In this document: positions 46,747-57,037 of the stretch, one piece after another
Position numbering within the stretch: the stretch's first letter is position 1
Layout of the letters: every line of letters starts with the position of its first letter
NCBI GenBank assembly: GCA_001442985.1
Contig: LDYB01000020.1
Span: 225,698 to 289,697 of the forward strand
Direction of reading: 5' to 3'
DNA: 64,000 bases
Source of the DNA: Armatimonadetes bacterium DC
Lineage (GTDB): Bacteria > Armatimonadota > Fimbriimonadia > Fimbriimonadales > GBS-DC
The notes under the pieces: model-generated
Told to the model about the DNA's origin: nothing
Databases searched by the model: none
Seen by the model: the letters and a program-made list of their open reading frames with translations, nothing else
Made by a program: the position numbers and the translations under genes

Positions 46747-47145
46747 GTGCGCTTTTCCTCCCCAAATACCGACCATAGGAGGATGGAGGGAATGATGATG
46801 CGCAATCTGATGAGCCACCGACGCCGCGAGCGAGGCTTTACGCTTGTGGAGATTATGATTGTGGTGCTGATTATCGGCATCCTGCTGGCGATTGCCGTGC
46901 CGAGCTTTATGAACGCCCGCGAGCGCTCTCGCGCGAATGCGTGCCGTTCCAACCTGCGCCAGATTCAGGCGGCGAAAGAGCAGTGGGCAATGGCGAACAA
47001 CCAGGGTCCGACTGCGACACCCGACTGGAGCGACCTCGTGCCCAACTTCATTCAGCAGCAGCCGAGCTGTCCGTCGGGTGGAACCTACACGATTGGCAAC
47101 ATGAGTACGAACCCCAGCTGCAGTATCACAGGACACTCGCTGTAA
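46747..47145 (+). CDS. Prepilin-type N-terminal cleavage/methylation protein (type IV pilin/pseudopilin, H-X9-DG/DUF1559-like)
   Basis: RRRERGFTLVEIMIVVLIIGILLAIAVPSF class III signal motif, followed by ACRSNLRQI. Confidence 0.85.
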   Translation: MRFSSPNTDHRRMEGMMMRNLMSHRRRERGFTLVEIMIVVLIIGILLAIAVPSFMNARERSRANACRSNLRQIQAAKEQWAMANNQGPTATPDWSDLVPNFIQQQPSCPSGGTYTIGNMSTNPSCSITGHSL

Positions 47146-47170
47146 GCCACAGGCTTTTCGCATCACGCAT

Positions 47171-47200
47171 AGCCCCAACCGATTGCGGCTGGGGCTTTTT
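47171..47200 (+). terminator. Rho-independent terminator downstream of the pilin gene (stem AGCCCCA...TGGGGCT, then TTTTT)
   Basis: Hairpin plus T5 tract read directly from the sequence. Confidence 0.6.
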
Positions 47201-47205
47201 GCGTT

Positions 47206-48414
47206 TTAAACCCAGCGCGCAATCACACCCAGCTCTTTGCCGACTTTTTCAAACGCGGCGAGCGCTTCGTCGAGGTCTTCGCGGGTATGTGTCGCGTTGG
47301 GCATGGTGCGCACGCGCGCCTTGCCCCGCGGCACGGTGGGATACACGATTCCCAGTGTGAACACGCCCTCTTCACGCAGGCGCGCCTCCATCTGCTGGGC
47401 AATCGCCTCGTCGCCACAAAACACGGGCGTAATCGGCGTCTCCGACCCCATCGTGTCGAAGCCCAGCTTCTGCAGGTTCTCCTTCCAGTAGCGGGCGTTG
47501 TCCCACAGTTTGCGCATCGGCTCGGGGTCGGTCATCAGAATCTCCACTGCCTTCAGAATCGCGCCCACCGCCGCAGGCGGTAGCGCGGTGCTGAACAGAT
47601 AGGGACGCCCGCGATTGATCAGCCACTCCTTGAGCAGCTGGCTACCTGCAATGTAGCCCCCCACGACGCCAATCGCTTTGGAGAGCGTGCCGAGCTGAAT
47701 ATCCACGCGCCCGTACAGCCCGAAGTGGCTGGTGGTGCCGCTGCCATGCTCGCCCAGCACGCCAGAAGCGTGCGCATCGTCCACCATCACCACCGCGTCA
47801 TATTTCTCTGCCAGCGCGACAATCTCTGGCAGGGGCGCAATATCGCCGTCCATGCTGAACACGCCGTCGGTTACAATCAGGCGCTTCTTGAAATGCCCGC
47901 ATCGCTTGAGGATGTCCTCAAGATGGTTCATATTTTTATGCTCATACACATAGCCTTCACTCTTTTTGTATTTGGCGTTGCTGAGGCGCACGCCGTCGAT
48001 GATGCTGGCGTGGTTCAGCTCGTCGGAGATAATCACATCGCCCTCGCCAAAGCAGGAGGGGATAGTGCCAGAGTTCGCGTTAAAACCCGACTGGAACACC
48101 AGCACCGCTTCGGTCTTCTTAAATTCGGCGAGTTTCTGCTCCAGCTGCTCATAGAGCTGGTTTGTGCCGCCCAGCCAGCGCACGGCGCCCGCGCCCGCCC
48201 CCCACTGCTGGACGGCTTCAATCGCCGCTTGCTTGAGCCGGGGGTCGTTCGCCAGACCGAGATAGTTGTTAGACGCCAGATTAATCAGCCAGCGCCCGCC
48301 AATCTTCACACGCCCGCCCTGCGGACTCTCCAGAATCGGGGGTTGCTTATAGAGATTCTGCGCCTTCAGCTCGTTGAGGCTCTCAGCCAGCCACCGCTGA
48401 AAGTTTGCGTTCAT
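47206..48414 (-). CDS. kbl: Glycine C-acetyltransferase (2-amino-3-ketobutyrate CoA ligase)
   Basis: High similarity to Kbl throughout ([49 protein letters not shown]-Lys [17 protein letters not shown]). Start re-set to ATG 48414 (SD GAAGGAGG) from track 48951. Confidence 0.88.
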   Translation of the reverse strand: MNANFQRWLAESLNELKAQNLYKQPPILESPQGGRVKIGGRWLINLASNNYLGLANDPRLKQAAIEAVQQWGAGAGAVRWLGGTNQLYEQLEQKLAEFKKTEAVLVFQSGFNANSGTIPSCFGEGDVIISDELNHASIIDGVRLSNAKYKKSEGYVYEHKNMNHLEDILKRCGHFKKRLIVTDGVFSMDGDIAPLPEIVALAEKYDAVVMVDDAHASGVLGEHGSGTTSHFGLYGRVDIQLGTLSKAIGVVGGYIAGSQLLKEWLINRGRPYLFSTALPPAAVGAILKAVEILMTDPEPMRKLWDNARYWKENLQKLGFDTMGSETPITPVFCGDEAIAQQMEARLREEGVFTLGIVYPTVPRGKARVRTMPNATHTREDLDEALAAFEKVGKELGVIARWV

Positions 48415-48440
48415 CGTTTGTGCCTCCTTCGGTCTCTGCA

Positions 48441-48446
48441 ATTCTA
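48441..48446 (-). promoter_or_regulatory. -10 box TAGAAT (within GGTAGAATTGCAGAGA) for kbl
   Basis: Reverse complement of attcta. 27 nt upstream of ATG 48414. Confidence 0.4.
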
Positions 48447-48521
48447 CCATGAACCCGCGCAGGGGTTGAATCGCCCCTACCGATTGGGGTATAGTATCCC
48501 ATACAGGCGAGGGGTAGACCG

Positions 48522-49310
48522 ATGGCGCACATGAGTCTGGAGCAATGGTATCGGTATCTGGAGTCGCAGTTTGAGTCGGAGAGCCAGTCAGCAACGGAAC
48601 CGAAACAGGAGGCGTCCCCAGCAGAGCCTGAGGCGCCCTCTCAAGAGCCGCCGAAGGGAGAAGCCCCCGATCCCGTAGTGGAGTCAGCCTCTTCTCGCGC
48701 AACCCCCGTTCCCACCCAGCCTGTTGCGCCCACACCCCAGACGCCGCCTGCCCCGCCTCCCGCGCAGATTTCGATTCGCGTGCCCCACATTCTGGAGTTT
48801 TTGCCCATGTTGCGCCCCGAAGGGGAGCCGCTGCCTGAAGCGGTGGTGCAGATGGACACCCCAGAAACCGCTGCAGAACCCCCCTCCGAGGGACCCCGCC
48901 TGCGCAAGCGCAAGCGACGCCCCAAAGTGGACCCCAACGAAATCGTTCCACCCGAAATTGATGAAATCTGGGCGAAACTGCCCCGCTACCTGCGCTATCT
49001 GGCGGAGTGGACGGATGACAGCGTCACGCGCAAGTATTACCCTGCCCGCATCCGTGAGAGCCGTGAGGAGCTGATTGCCCGCCTCACCGACCCCGTGCTG
49101 ACCTTAGAGGAAACCGCCCGCTTGCTGGGGGTCTGTCCCGCCACCATCCGCCGCTATACCGATCGGGGCTGGCTCCGCCACTTCCGCACGGAGGGCAATC
49201 AGCGACGGTTCCGACTCTCCGATATTGTGGCGTTTCTGGAAGAGCAAGCCAACCGACGCCCGCTGGGCAACCGCAACGCCAGCAAGGAGGAGTCTCCCGA
49301 TAAGCCGTGA
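48522..49310 (+). CDS. Pro-rich protein with C-terminal excisionase/MerR-like HTH (HTH_17) domain
   Basis: [16 protein letters not shown] ... Pro/Ala-rich N-terminal half. C-terminus [53 protein letters not shown] overlap with the next gene. Confidence 0.55.
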   Translation: MAHMSLEQWYRYLESQFESESQSATEPKQEASPAEPEAPSQEPPKGEAPDPVVESASSRATPVPTQPVAPTPQTPPAPPPAQISIRVPHILEFLPMLRPEGEPLPEAVVQMDTPETAAEPPSEGPRLRKRKRRPKVDPNEIVPPEIDEIWAKLPRYLRYLAEWTDDSVTRKYYPARIRESREELIARLTDPVLTLEETARLLGVCPATIRRYTDRGWLRHFRTEGNQRRFRLSDIVAFLEEQANRRPLGNRNASKEESPDKP

Positions 49311-50479
49311 AAGTCGCCCTCTTCTCCGAAAGCTACCTGCCCTATCTGAATGGGGTCAGCATCTCGATTCGCATTCTCTATGAGGAGCTCACCCGTCGCG
49401 GGCACGAAGTGTGGATTTATGCCCCCCGATTCAAAGGCTTTCAGGACCCCATTCCCACCGTGCGGCGCTTTCCGTCGGTCTACACCCCTTTTGAGCCTGA
49501 CTATCCGATAGCTGTTCCTGTGTCGTTGCGCCTGTGGCGTGAGTTTCGGCAGCAACGGTTTGATGTGGTGCATACGCATACGCCGTTTTTCACAGGGATT
49601 GCGGGCGCGCGCTGGGCACGCCGCCTGAAAATCCCGCTGGTGAGTACCTACCACACGCTGTATGAGGAGTACCTGCACTATGTGCCCGCGTTTGTGCCCC
49701 GCAATCTGGTGCGGCGCGTGCTACGGGCACATCTGAAACGGTATTATGAGGGCGTGGACGCGGTGATGACCCCCTCTAACATTGGCGCGGATGTGTTGAA
49801 GCGCTACGGCGTGCGCAAACCGATTACTCCCATCCGCAACCCCGTGCTACCCTTTCCTGACCTGACCCGCGAGGAGGCGCGTGCCCGACTGGGCATCCCC
49901 ACCGAGGTGTGGATGCTGCTTTATGTGGGGCGGATGGCGCCCGAAAAGAATGTGCATCTGCTCCTTCAGGCGATGCCCCATATTCACCGCGGGTGCCCAA
50001 AGGCGCAACTCTGGCTGGTGGGTCCGGGTCCCGCGCTGGAGTCGCTTAAAGCGCAGGCAGAATCGCTGGGGATTCAGCAAATTGTGCATTTTACAGGACC
50101 CGTGCCGCGCGATGAGGTGTCGCTTTACCTGCTGGCGGGCGACCTGTTCGTGTTCCCCTCTGTAACCGAGTCGCAGGGGCTGGTGCTGGACGAGGCACAG
50201 GCGGCAGGCTTGCCCTGCATCGTGGCGAACGGCGGCGGCGCGCCCGAAGCGGTGGACTATGGCGCGAGCGGGCTGATTGTAGACCCCACCGCCGAAGCCT
50301 TTATCGAGGCGGTGCTTTACCTCACGCGCCATCCCGAAGAGCGTGAAAAACTGCGTCAGGCAGGGCTGAAAAAGCGCGAAACGCTCTCCGTGCCCGCTGT
50401 GGTAGACCGTATCGTTGCGGTGTATCGACAGGCGCAAGAGGCTTACACTCCCAAAGTAGAAGCCAGCCCTGTCGTATGA
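49307..50479 (+). CDS. Glycosyltransferase family 4 (GT-B, retaining)
   Basis: [19 protein letters not shown] ... EGFGLV-type C-terminal motif (ESQGLVLDEAQAAGLP). Confidence 0.8.
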   Translation: MKVALFSESYLPYLNGVSISIRILYEELTRRGHEVWIYAPRFKGFQDPIPTVRRFPSVYTPFEPDYPIAVPVSLRLWREFRQQRFDVVHTHTPFFTGIAGARWARRLKIPLVSTYHTLYEEYLHYVPAFVPRNLVRRVLRAHLKRYYEGVDAVMTPSNIGADVLKRYGVRKPITPIRNPVLPFPDLTREEARARLGIPTEVWMLLYVGRMAPEKNVHLLLQAMPHIHRGCPKAQLWLVGPGPALESLKAQAESLGIQQIVHFTGPVPRDEVSLYLLAGDLFVFPSVTESQGLVLDEAQAAGLPCIVANGGGAPEAVDYGASGLIVDPTAEAFIEAVLYLTRHPEEREKLRQAGLKKRETLSVPAVVDRIVAVYRQAQEAYTPKVEASPVV

Positions 50480-50535
50480 GGTACGATGAATCCCGAAGGG
50501 AAAGCGCCGACTCTAACATTTCAGGAGGAGAAACG

Positions 50536-51414
50536 ATGAGACGACTTTTTGCTTTCTGGGTGTTGATAGCGCTGGCGTGGCTGGCGCAGGCGCAACAGAC
50601 GCCGCTGCTGAGTGAGCCGACCCTGGTCTCCACAGAATGGCTGGCGCAACATTTGAACGACCCGCGCCTGCGAATTATCGACGCGCGTGCCTCCCTGCGT
50701 GACTATCTGCAAGGGCATATCCCGAACGCGCTTTATCTCAACACCGAGACGCTCCGCATTTCCCAGGGCGGCGTCCCCGCCCAGCTGCTGCCCCCGGAGC
50801 GAATCGCCGAGATTCTGGAAGCGATGGGGGTTGGCAGCGAGCATACGGTGGTGGTCTACTCTTCGTCTGGCGAAGGCGACTTTTTCGCGCATGCGACCTA
50901 TGTGGCGTTCGTGCTGGAGTGGCTGGGGCATCGGAGCGTCGGTGTGCTGGACGGCGGAATCGAAAAATGGCGTGCCGAAGGACGCCCGATAACCCAGAGC
51001 TTCCCCCGCTTCCCCAAAGCCACCTTCAAGCCCAACCCGCAGAATCAGCTTCTGGTGGACGCCGCCGCGCTCCAGAACGCCTTGCAAGCTGGGCAGGCAA
51101 CTCCCCTGGATGCTCGTGCTCCCGCTGCCTATCAGCAGGGGCATATTCCCAATGCTCGCAACGCCTTCCTGCGCAACAACCTGCAGGGCGATACCGTGCT
51201 GACATGGCGCTCCCCCGAAGCGCTTCGGGCGATGCTGGAGGGGATGCAGGTCTCAGGCGATCAGCCCGTGGTTGCGTATTGCACCAGTGGGCGCGAGGCG
51301 AGCCAGCTCTGGTTCACCCTGAGGCATGTGCTGAAACTACCGAATGTGAAAATCTACCCCGGCTCGTGGATTGACTGGACTGCCCGCCAGATGCCTGTGG
51401 AGAAGGCGCCGTAA
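50536..51414 (+). CDS. Tandem-rhodanese sulfurtransferase (3-mercaptopyruvate/thiosulfate sulfurtransferase-like), secreted
   Basis: Signal peptide, two rhodanese domains, active-site loop YCTSGREAS. Start re-set to ATG 50536 (SD AGGAGGAG). Confidence 0.8.
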   Translation: MRRLFAFWVLIALAWLAQAQQTPLLSEPTLVSTEWLAQHLNDPRLRIIDARASLRDYLQGHIPNALYLNTETLRISQGGVPAQLLPPERIAEILEAMGVGSEHTVVVYSSSGEGDFFAHATYVAFVLEWLGHRSVGVLDGGIEKWRAEGRPITQSFPRFPKATFKPNPQNQLLVDAAALQNALQAGQATPLDARAPAAYQQGHIPNARNAFLRNNLQGDTVLTWRSPEALRAMLEGMQVSGDQPVVAYCTSGREASQLWFTLRHVLKLPNVKIYPGSWIDWTARQMPVEKAP

Positions 51415-51519
51415 GCGCCCCAGCGATGGCTCAGGCACTGTCGCATCCACCGCCTATGTGGAGTGCCGAAACACGGTCTATGCGCTGTGGTCTGGTATAA
51501 TCTTGATAGGCGACAGCGC

Positions 51520-51975
51520 ATGAAGCCCAAAAAGCACTTCGTGCAGTGGCTGGTCATCACCGCCCTCTACTGGATGGCGGCGTACACCATCGCGAGCCTC
51601 GTAAGTTGGGTCTACTATGTGTGGACTTCCATTCCGCAAACTACCGAGATACAAGGAATCGTTTTACTGCCACTGGCTGCTTTCGAGCTTGCATTCATAT
51701 TCAACCCTTTTTTGTTTATAGACTTAATCGTGATTTTACCTGCAGGAATACTGTGGGTTATCTCCCTGTTCCTGTCTCGTCCGCCTTCTGTGAAGGTTTT
51801 GGTGGTTGCTCTATGGAGCGTTCTGATGGCGTTATGCCTCTACTTCGCTGATGGCGTCCTGATTTCACTGCACTCGTTTGAAGAGGCGTCCTACGATTTA
51901 TTCTTCACACGGCATCTGGTGTCGGGCGTCCTCTCACCCATGCTGATGACGAAGCTTGCGACAGAGGAGACTTGA
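51520..51975 (+). CDS. Small integral membrane protein (4 TM), hypothetical
   Basis: ORF 19 nt after GGTATAAT (51494..51501). Lower GC than its neighbours. Confidence 0.45.
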   Translation: MKPKKHFVQWLVITALYWMAAYTIASLVSWVYYVWTSIPQTTEIQGIVLLPLAAFELAFIFNPFLFIDLIVILPAGILWVISLFLSRPPSVKVLVVALWSVLMALCLYFADGVLISLHSFEEASYDLFFTRHLVSGVLSPMLMTKLATEET

Positions 51976-52054
51976 GAGACAGTCTGAAAAATAAAGAAAC
52001 ATTAGCAGGAGATTCAGTATCTCTGGAATAAATTAAGTGTAGAGGAGTCCCAAA

Positions 52055-54361
52055 ATGCGCTGGCGGTGGTGGATAGCAGCATGGTTTTTGTGGCTCGGAT
52101 GTCATGCGGGTTTTGCCCAGACGGCTGAGCCGCAGGTGAGCTTCGCGCTGGGATGGTACACCTTTCCTGAGATTGCTCAGGCGTTTTCTGTGGAGGGGCG
52201 TAGAGTGGAGTGCGCGGCGAGTCTGCGCCAGCAGGTGGCGCTGATACACCTCAAGCCACGCCCGTGGAGTCAGGCAAGAAAACTCATCTGCTCTGGGCTG
52301 GATGTGCGCTTCCGCCCTGTGGGGAAAAACCACTGGGTAATGGAACGCATGCCTGAGGTAACGCAACACGAGGCGCGCTGGCGTGAGCGGTTCAAAAAGC
52401 ACCTCCTGCAGTCCGTCCAGAAAGAGATTGAGTTTCAAACCCGTTATGAAGGTGGGAGAGCGCTGGTGCGCACTCTCACGCCCGAGCAGCGGCAAGAACT
52501 GGTCGCCTTGCGCTGGCGCTATGAAGAATGGCAGGAGCGGAATTCAGAACGGAAGCCGCGCGCGAGCCTCGAAAAAGCGCCTGCCAGCGTCTTTGAGGTC
52601 AGTGAGGCGCTGTGGAGTTATGCCCGGTCATGCTATCCCATCCTTGCCGATAAGATTAAGCGATGGTATCGTATCAGCGCCCGTGATAATCCGACGCTCC
52701 AGACGCGCGCTGCGCTCATCCTGCTGGGAAGCTACGCGGCGTCTCAAGAGAGACGCCAGGTATGGGAAGCCATGTCTCCCGAATTGCTGCTGGAGATGTG
52801 GGAGGTAGGCAGGCGCCTCTATGAGTGGCAAGAGCAGTGGTGGCGTGAGAACGAGGCAGCCTACGAGGACGACCCTGAAGCAGGATGGAAAGCTGAGTTG
52901 GAGGCGATGCCACTGGGGCGGGACTCCTTCAGCGAGGCGCTCTGGCGCGCCATAGAGCCTCACCTGCCAGCCCTGATAGAAGACTTACGACGGCGAAAAG
53001 ACCCTGCGAGCGAGCTGAGTCCAGAGATGCAAATGAAAAGCGCACTTGTTGATCTGAACCGGTGGCTCTATGACGAAAAAGATTACCGCTTTCAGGACCT
53101 CTACTATCGCCTGCTGGCAAACGAGAGGTCGTTGTCTGCACTATTCAACGAGGTTTTCGAGAACGGCAAGGTTCTTCAAGCAGTCCCCTTGGGCGCTCTG
53201 GTGGAGGATCCGAGGCTGGTTCGCTGGCTGCTGTGCGACTGTTACGACGAGGTAAAGGAGATTTACAACTCCCCAGAGGGTTGGGTATGCGTTTACAGCA
53301 TACATTGGTCGCTGCAGGAACTGGCGTTTTCGGCTCAGTATGTTCCCGTGCATGCCTCAGGGCACGCGGAGCCTTTCAGGTGGTTCTTTTTCTACGAGTT
53401 GGTTCCCGAAAACAGTTCAGAGGTAGACGGGACTGAGATAGTCTTTGAAGCGCTGGGGAAGGAGGCGTTAGCGCTTTACCAGCAGCGACGGGCGCAAACG
53501 CAAAGCGTGCTGGAATCGCCTCTGGGCAAGCAGAAGGTTAAGCTGAACCCGTCTAGGCGTTTCCCCAGCCAACTCCATCTGTTCATGCGCTGGGCACAGG
53601 CAACGCAGGCGGAAGTGATTATGGAGCTGACGCCTACCCGGTGGACGAATCCGAGGTTTTTGAACGCGCCTGTGCCCACTGAGGCATCGCTTCAGGAGTT
53701 GTATCAGGTGCCTCCTGAGCATAAGTTTCTCATACCCCTTCACACCGCTATGCAAATGCGTCTGGAACAGGGCGTCCTGATAGTCTCCAACATGCTGGCG
53801 TTTCTGGATCGCGCCATCGAGTACCCCGCGGCGTCGCTGTTGCGCTTGCACAGAAACAGCGCCGTGCCCAATGAGAATCTGCCGTGCAGGGCGTGGATCG
53901 AGTTCTGTCGCGAGGTTTCCCCGTTGCAGGCGCGCTGGTTAGACGCCATCGGCTGGTCCTGGCTCGAAGACTCGCTTGCTTATGCGCGCTTGTCTGACTT
54001 TTACCGCCTGTATCACGGCGTGCTGGCAGGGCGCGAACATCTCCTCAAAACAGGCGGCGTCATACGCTTTGACACATGGACGCCGCCTGCCCTGCAACGG
54101 ACGATTGCGCTCTGGCAGTCTGTTACCCAGTCAGTTTCAGTTTATCAAGATAATGAGATTCTGTTCCACCCCGCCTTTCCTGAATGGCTGCGTCAGCACC
54201 CGATGGTGCTGGAGCCTATCCAGTTCACCCATAACAAAGAGACGAACGAGTTCCGCTGGACGCTCAAGTGCCGATTCGCTAACTTTGATGCTGAGCTGGG
54301 CATCAGTGGCTCATTCCGCTACCCTGCCTCGCCCGAGCCAGAAACCGAGGAGGAACCATAA
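52055..54361 (+). CDS. Large secreted hypothetical protein (768 aa), Trp-rich, no recognisable domain
   Basis: Long ORF with signal peptide MRWRWWIAAWFLWLGCHAGFAQT. Lower GC (~58% by eye) than the surrounding ~65%. Confidence 0.6.
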   Translation: MRWRWWIAAWFLWLGCHAGFAQTAEPQVSFALGWYTFPEIAQAFSVEGRRVECAASLRQQVALIHLKPRPWSQARKLICSGLDVRFRPVGKNHWVMERMPEVTQHEARWRERFKKHLLQSVQKEIEFQTRYEGGRALVRTLTPEQRQELVALRWRYEEWQERNSERKPRASLEKAPASVFEVSEALWSYARSCYPILADKIKRWYRISARDNPTLQTRAALILLGSYAASQERRQVWEAMSPELLLEMWEVGRRLYEWQEQWWRENEAAYEDDPEAGWKAELEAMPLGRDSFSEALWRAIEPHLPALIEDLRRRKDPASELSPEMQMKSALVDLNRWLYDEKDYRFQDLYYRLLANERSLSALFNEVFENGKVLQAVPLGALVEDPRLVRWLLCDCYDEVKEIYNSPEGWVCVYSIHWSLQELAFSAQYVPVHASGHAEPFRWFFFYELVPENSSEVDGTEIVFEALGKEALALYQQRRAQTQSVLESPLGKQKVKLNPSRRFPSQLHLFMRWAQATQAEVIMELTPTRWTNPRFLNAPVPTEASLQELYQVPPEHKFLIPLHTAMQMRLEQGVLIVSNMLAFLDRAIEYPAASLLRLHRNSAVPNENLPCRAWIEFCREVSPLQARWLDAIGWSWLEDSLAYARLSDFYRLYHGVLAGREHLLKTGGVIRFDTWTPPALQRTIALWQSVTQSVSVYQDNEILFHPAFPEWLRQHPMVLEPIQFTHNKETNEFRWTLKCRFANFDAELGISGSFRYPASPEPETEEEP

Positions 54362-54382
54362 AAACCCATCCTGCGCCTTTGC

Positions 54383-55501
54383 TCACCCAATCTCCCGAAT
54401 CTGGGTGGGCGGCTCGGCGTTCAGCGAAACCGCGCCATCCTCGGTGAGGGTGTAGACATTCTCGATTCGCACGCCGAAGCGCCCTGGCAGGTAGATGCCC
54501 GGCTCAATTGTGAAGCAGTGCCCGACTTCCAGCGGGCTGGTGTTGCCCTCCACGAGGTAGGGCGGCTCGTGGACGGATAGCCCGATTCCGTGCCCCGTGC
54601 GGTGGACGAAGTAGTCGCCGTAGCCTGCTTCGGTGATAACGGCGCGAGCGGCGCGGTCCACTTCCTGCGCGGGCACGCCGGGTTTGGCAGCCTCGCGGGC
54701 GCGCATGTGGGCGTCGTAGACAATCGTGTAGAGTTTTTTCGCCTCTTCGGGCGCGGCGCCCACGCTCACCACGCGCGTGATGTCGTTGCAGTAGCCCTCA
54801 TACACGCCGCCGAAGTCAATCACAATCACATCGCCATGCTGGAGCAGGCGGTGTCCCGTGGTGTAGTGGGGTTTGGAGCTGTTCTCGCCCGAAGCGACAA
54901 TCGGGATGCCGAAGGCGAGCTTGGAGCCGGCGTCGTACAGGGCACGCTGAATGGCAAGCGCCAGCGACCACTCGCTGTAGCCCTCGGCGCAGAGCTCCAG
55001 CCCTGCCGCCAGCGACTCGTCGGTCAGGCGCGCCGCCTCGCGCATCAGGGCAATCTCCGTCGCGTCTTTCTGAGCGCGGGCGTGCGCCATCAGCTCGCCC
55101 CCACGCCGAAACAGTGCGGCGGGCAGAAACTCCTGTAGAATCAGCAGAAACATCGCGGGCATCTCGTCGTCCACCGCAATCACGCCCGTCTCCAGCTGGG
55201 GGTACTCCTGAATCAGGCGCTGGAGCGCATTCGCGGGTCCTTCTGAATCATGCCACACATAGCGCACCGCCCAGCCTGCGGGGTTGGCTTCTGCGCTCTC
55301 GGCACTGAGCGCAGGCACAAACCACACGGGGTCGCCCTCGCGCGGCACCAGCAGGAACATCAGGCGCTCCAGCGGCGGCTCCGAGAAGCCGCTCAAGTAA
55401 AACATATTCACAGGCGTGCTGGCAAGGAAAGCGTCTGCCCCCTCCGCCAGCATCCCCTCCTGCACCTTCGCTAACCGCTTGCGAAACAGCTCGTGCGCCA
55501 T
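54383..55501 (-). CDS. pepP: Xaa-Pro aminopeptidase (M24B family)
   Basis: Creatinase-like N-domain plus pita-bread C-domain. HRTGHGIGLSVHE, metal ligands D/D/H/E/E. Confidence 0.85.
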   Translation of the reverse strand: MAHELFRKRLAKVQEGMLAEGADAFLASTPVNMFYLSGFSEPPLERLMFLLVPREGDPVWFVPALSAESAEANPAGWAVRYVWHDSEGPANALQRLIQEYPQLETGVIAVDDEMPAMFLLILQEFLPAALFRRGGELMAHARAQKDATEIALMREAARLTDESLAAGLELCAEGYSEWSLALAIQRALYDAGSKLAFGIPIVASGENSSKPHYTTGHRLLQHGDVIVIDFGGVYEGYCNDITRVVSVGAAPEEAKKLYTIVYDAHMRAREAAKPGVPAQEVDRAARAVITEAGYGDYFVHRTGHGIGLSVHEPPYLVEGNTSPLEVGHCFTIEPGIYLPGRFGVRIENVYTLTEDGAVSLNAEPPTQIREIG

Positions 55502-55514
55502 CGCTTTGCCCCCT

Positions 55515-56180
55515 TCAGATTCGGATCATCAGCCAGTCGCTCAGCAGGTAGTAGATGCGCCCGATCAGCAGCGCCATACGCGCCATCACCGTATTGCCGA
55601 AAATCGCGCCCAGCCCAATCATCAGGAACCAGCGCCCCGCGGTGGCGACATTCTTCACCACACCCTTCTGAGGGTACGAGAAGGTGAAGTAAACCAGCAC
55701 GGAGACCAGAATGATGATGAAAACCCAGTTCGTGATCACGCCGAACAGGTCTGCCTCGGGATTCGCGCTGGACATCCAGAGCGGTCGGGAAAGCGTGCTG
55801 TGGAGCTGCACCACATAGCGCGAGGCGAACTCCTGAAAGAAGAGCCCTGCAGAAGTGCCCACCAGCGCGCCAATCACCAGACGGCTGACCCACCCATAAC
55901 GCTCGCTGTAGATGAAGTAGAGGTACATGCCAAAGGGCACGAGGAACGCCCACGCCCACTGACCCTGTACCCAGATGGGTGTAATCCAGTAGCGGTAGAG
56001 AATATCCACACCCAGCGGTCCCAACGAGTAGCCCGCCGCCAGCCCGATATACATATGCTCGAAGAAGCGATAAAGGGGGTTCTCGCGGTACAGAAGCGAG
56101 TAGATGGCAAGGGTGCAGAGAACCCCAATCCACACATTGATTCGGTCTAAGCTCAACGGTAGGAATTGCTGCAGATCCAT
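55515..56180 (-). CDS. Integral membrane protein, hypothetical (operon gene 6 of 7)
   Basis: About six TM helices. SD GGAGGG 8 nt upstream. Starts 4 nt after the previous stop. Confidence 0.55.
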   Translation of the reverse strand: MDLQQFLPLSLDRINVWIGVLCTLAIYSLLYRENPLYRFFEHMYIGLAAGYSLGPLGVDILYRYWITPIWVQGQWAWAFLVPFGMYLYFIYSERYGWVSRLVIGALVGTSAGLFFQEFASRYVVQLHSTLSRPLWMSSANPEADLFGVITNWVFIIILVSVLVYFTFSYPQKGVVKNVATAGRWFLMIGLGAIFGNTVMARMALLIGRIYYLLSDWLMIRI

Positions 56181-56184
56181 CGCA

Positions 56185-57024
56185 TCAGCCCTCCTGCCTC
56201 ATTTGGCGACGATTCATAAACAGCGCCAGGTTCCCCAGGAAGATAAACAGAATAATCAGCACATGCGAGAACGAGATCGCGTTCACGAAGCGTGTACCCA
56301 AGCCGACGATACCGAGCAACTGCTCGTATTCTTGAGCGCCCTTTGCGCCTGTAATCATGCCCTTAATCTGCCCCGAATCGAGGAAGGTGTAGGCTTCTGC
56401 CGCCATCACCGAGGTGGGGCAGTAGAGAATTTTGGTCTCTTTGGGGGCGTAAGAAATCCAGAAAGGCACGGTGGCCGAGGGCGTCACATCGATAATCATC
56501 TTATACTGGCGCAGCGAGGTGATGCCCTTCAACAGGGGCAGTTCGCTTACGGGCGTCCCACGCACATCTTTTTTGATGGTGTCAGGCAGGTTGTTGACCA
56601 TACCCTTGATGGATACAATCAGGTTGGTCACGAAGCCGAAGTGCGCCCAATCGCGTCCATATTCGTAGCCTCCTTCCGGGGTGAGGCGGGATGCCAGCCG
56701 GTACGAAATGTCGCGCGACTGGGCTTCCACCGAGATCAGGGTGAATTTGGCTTTCTTGCGCATCAGATGGCGAATAACTGCCTCCAGCTGCGGTTGATTC
56801 TCGGCGAGCGTGCTGGCGCTCCAGTTGGAGGAGATCATCACCAGGTCGCCCGGCTGGAGTTTTTCTATCTCATCATAAAACTTTTGCACTGGCGGCGAAA
56901 CCGCAGCGCGCATTCGGATAGGCAACAGCAAAAACAGCACGATATTCGCAAACAGGAGCAGGTAGAGAATGCGCCTGTCGATGCTCAGCATGCGCTCCCA
57001 GATGCTTGGTCCTCGAGTCTGCAT
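56185..57024 (-). CDS. Bitopic membrane protein with large extracytoplasmic domain, hypothetical (operon gene 5)
   Basis: N-terminal and C-terminal TM helices. Start set to ATG 57024 (SD AAGGAGG 8 nt upstream), 14 nt after the upstream stop. Confidence 0.5.
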   Translation of the reverse strand: MQTRGPSIWERMLSIDRRILYLLLFANIVLFLLLPIRMRAAVSPPVQKFYDEIEKLQPGDLVMISSNWSASTLAENQPQLEAVIRHLMRKKAKFTLISVEAQSRDISYRLASRLTPEGGYEYGRDWAHFGFVTNLIVSIKGMVNNLPDTIKKDVRGTPVSELPLLKGITSLRQYKMIIDVTPSATVPFWISYAPKETKILYCPTSVMAAEAYTFLDSGQIKGMITGAKGAQEYEQLLGIVGLGTRFVNAISFSHVLIILFIFLGNLALFMNRRQMRQEG

Positions 57025-57037
57025 TGTCGTTTCCTCC

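Noticed and set aside
47206-48951. Track ORF extending kbl by ~180 aa at the N-terminus ([10 protein letters not shown]...)
   Set aside because: The extension is Ala/Gly/Pro-rich junk preceding a clear SD (GAAGGAGG) and an ATG at 48414 that begins the conserved Kbl N-terminus. The gene was shortened accordingly.
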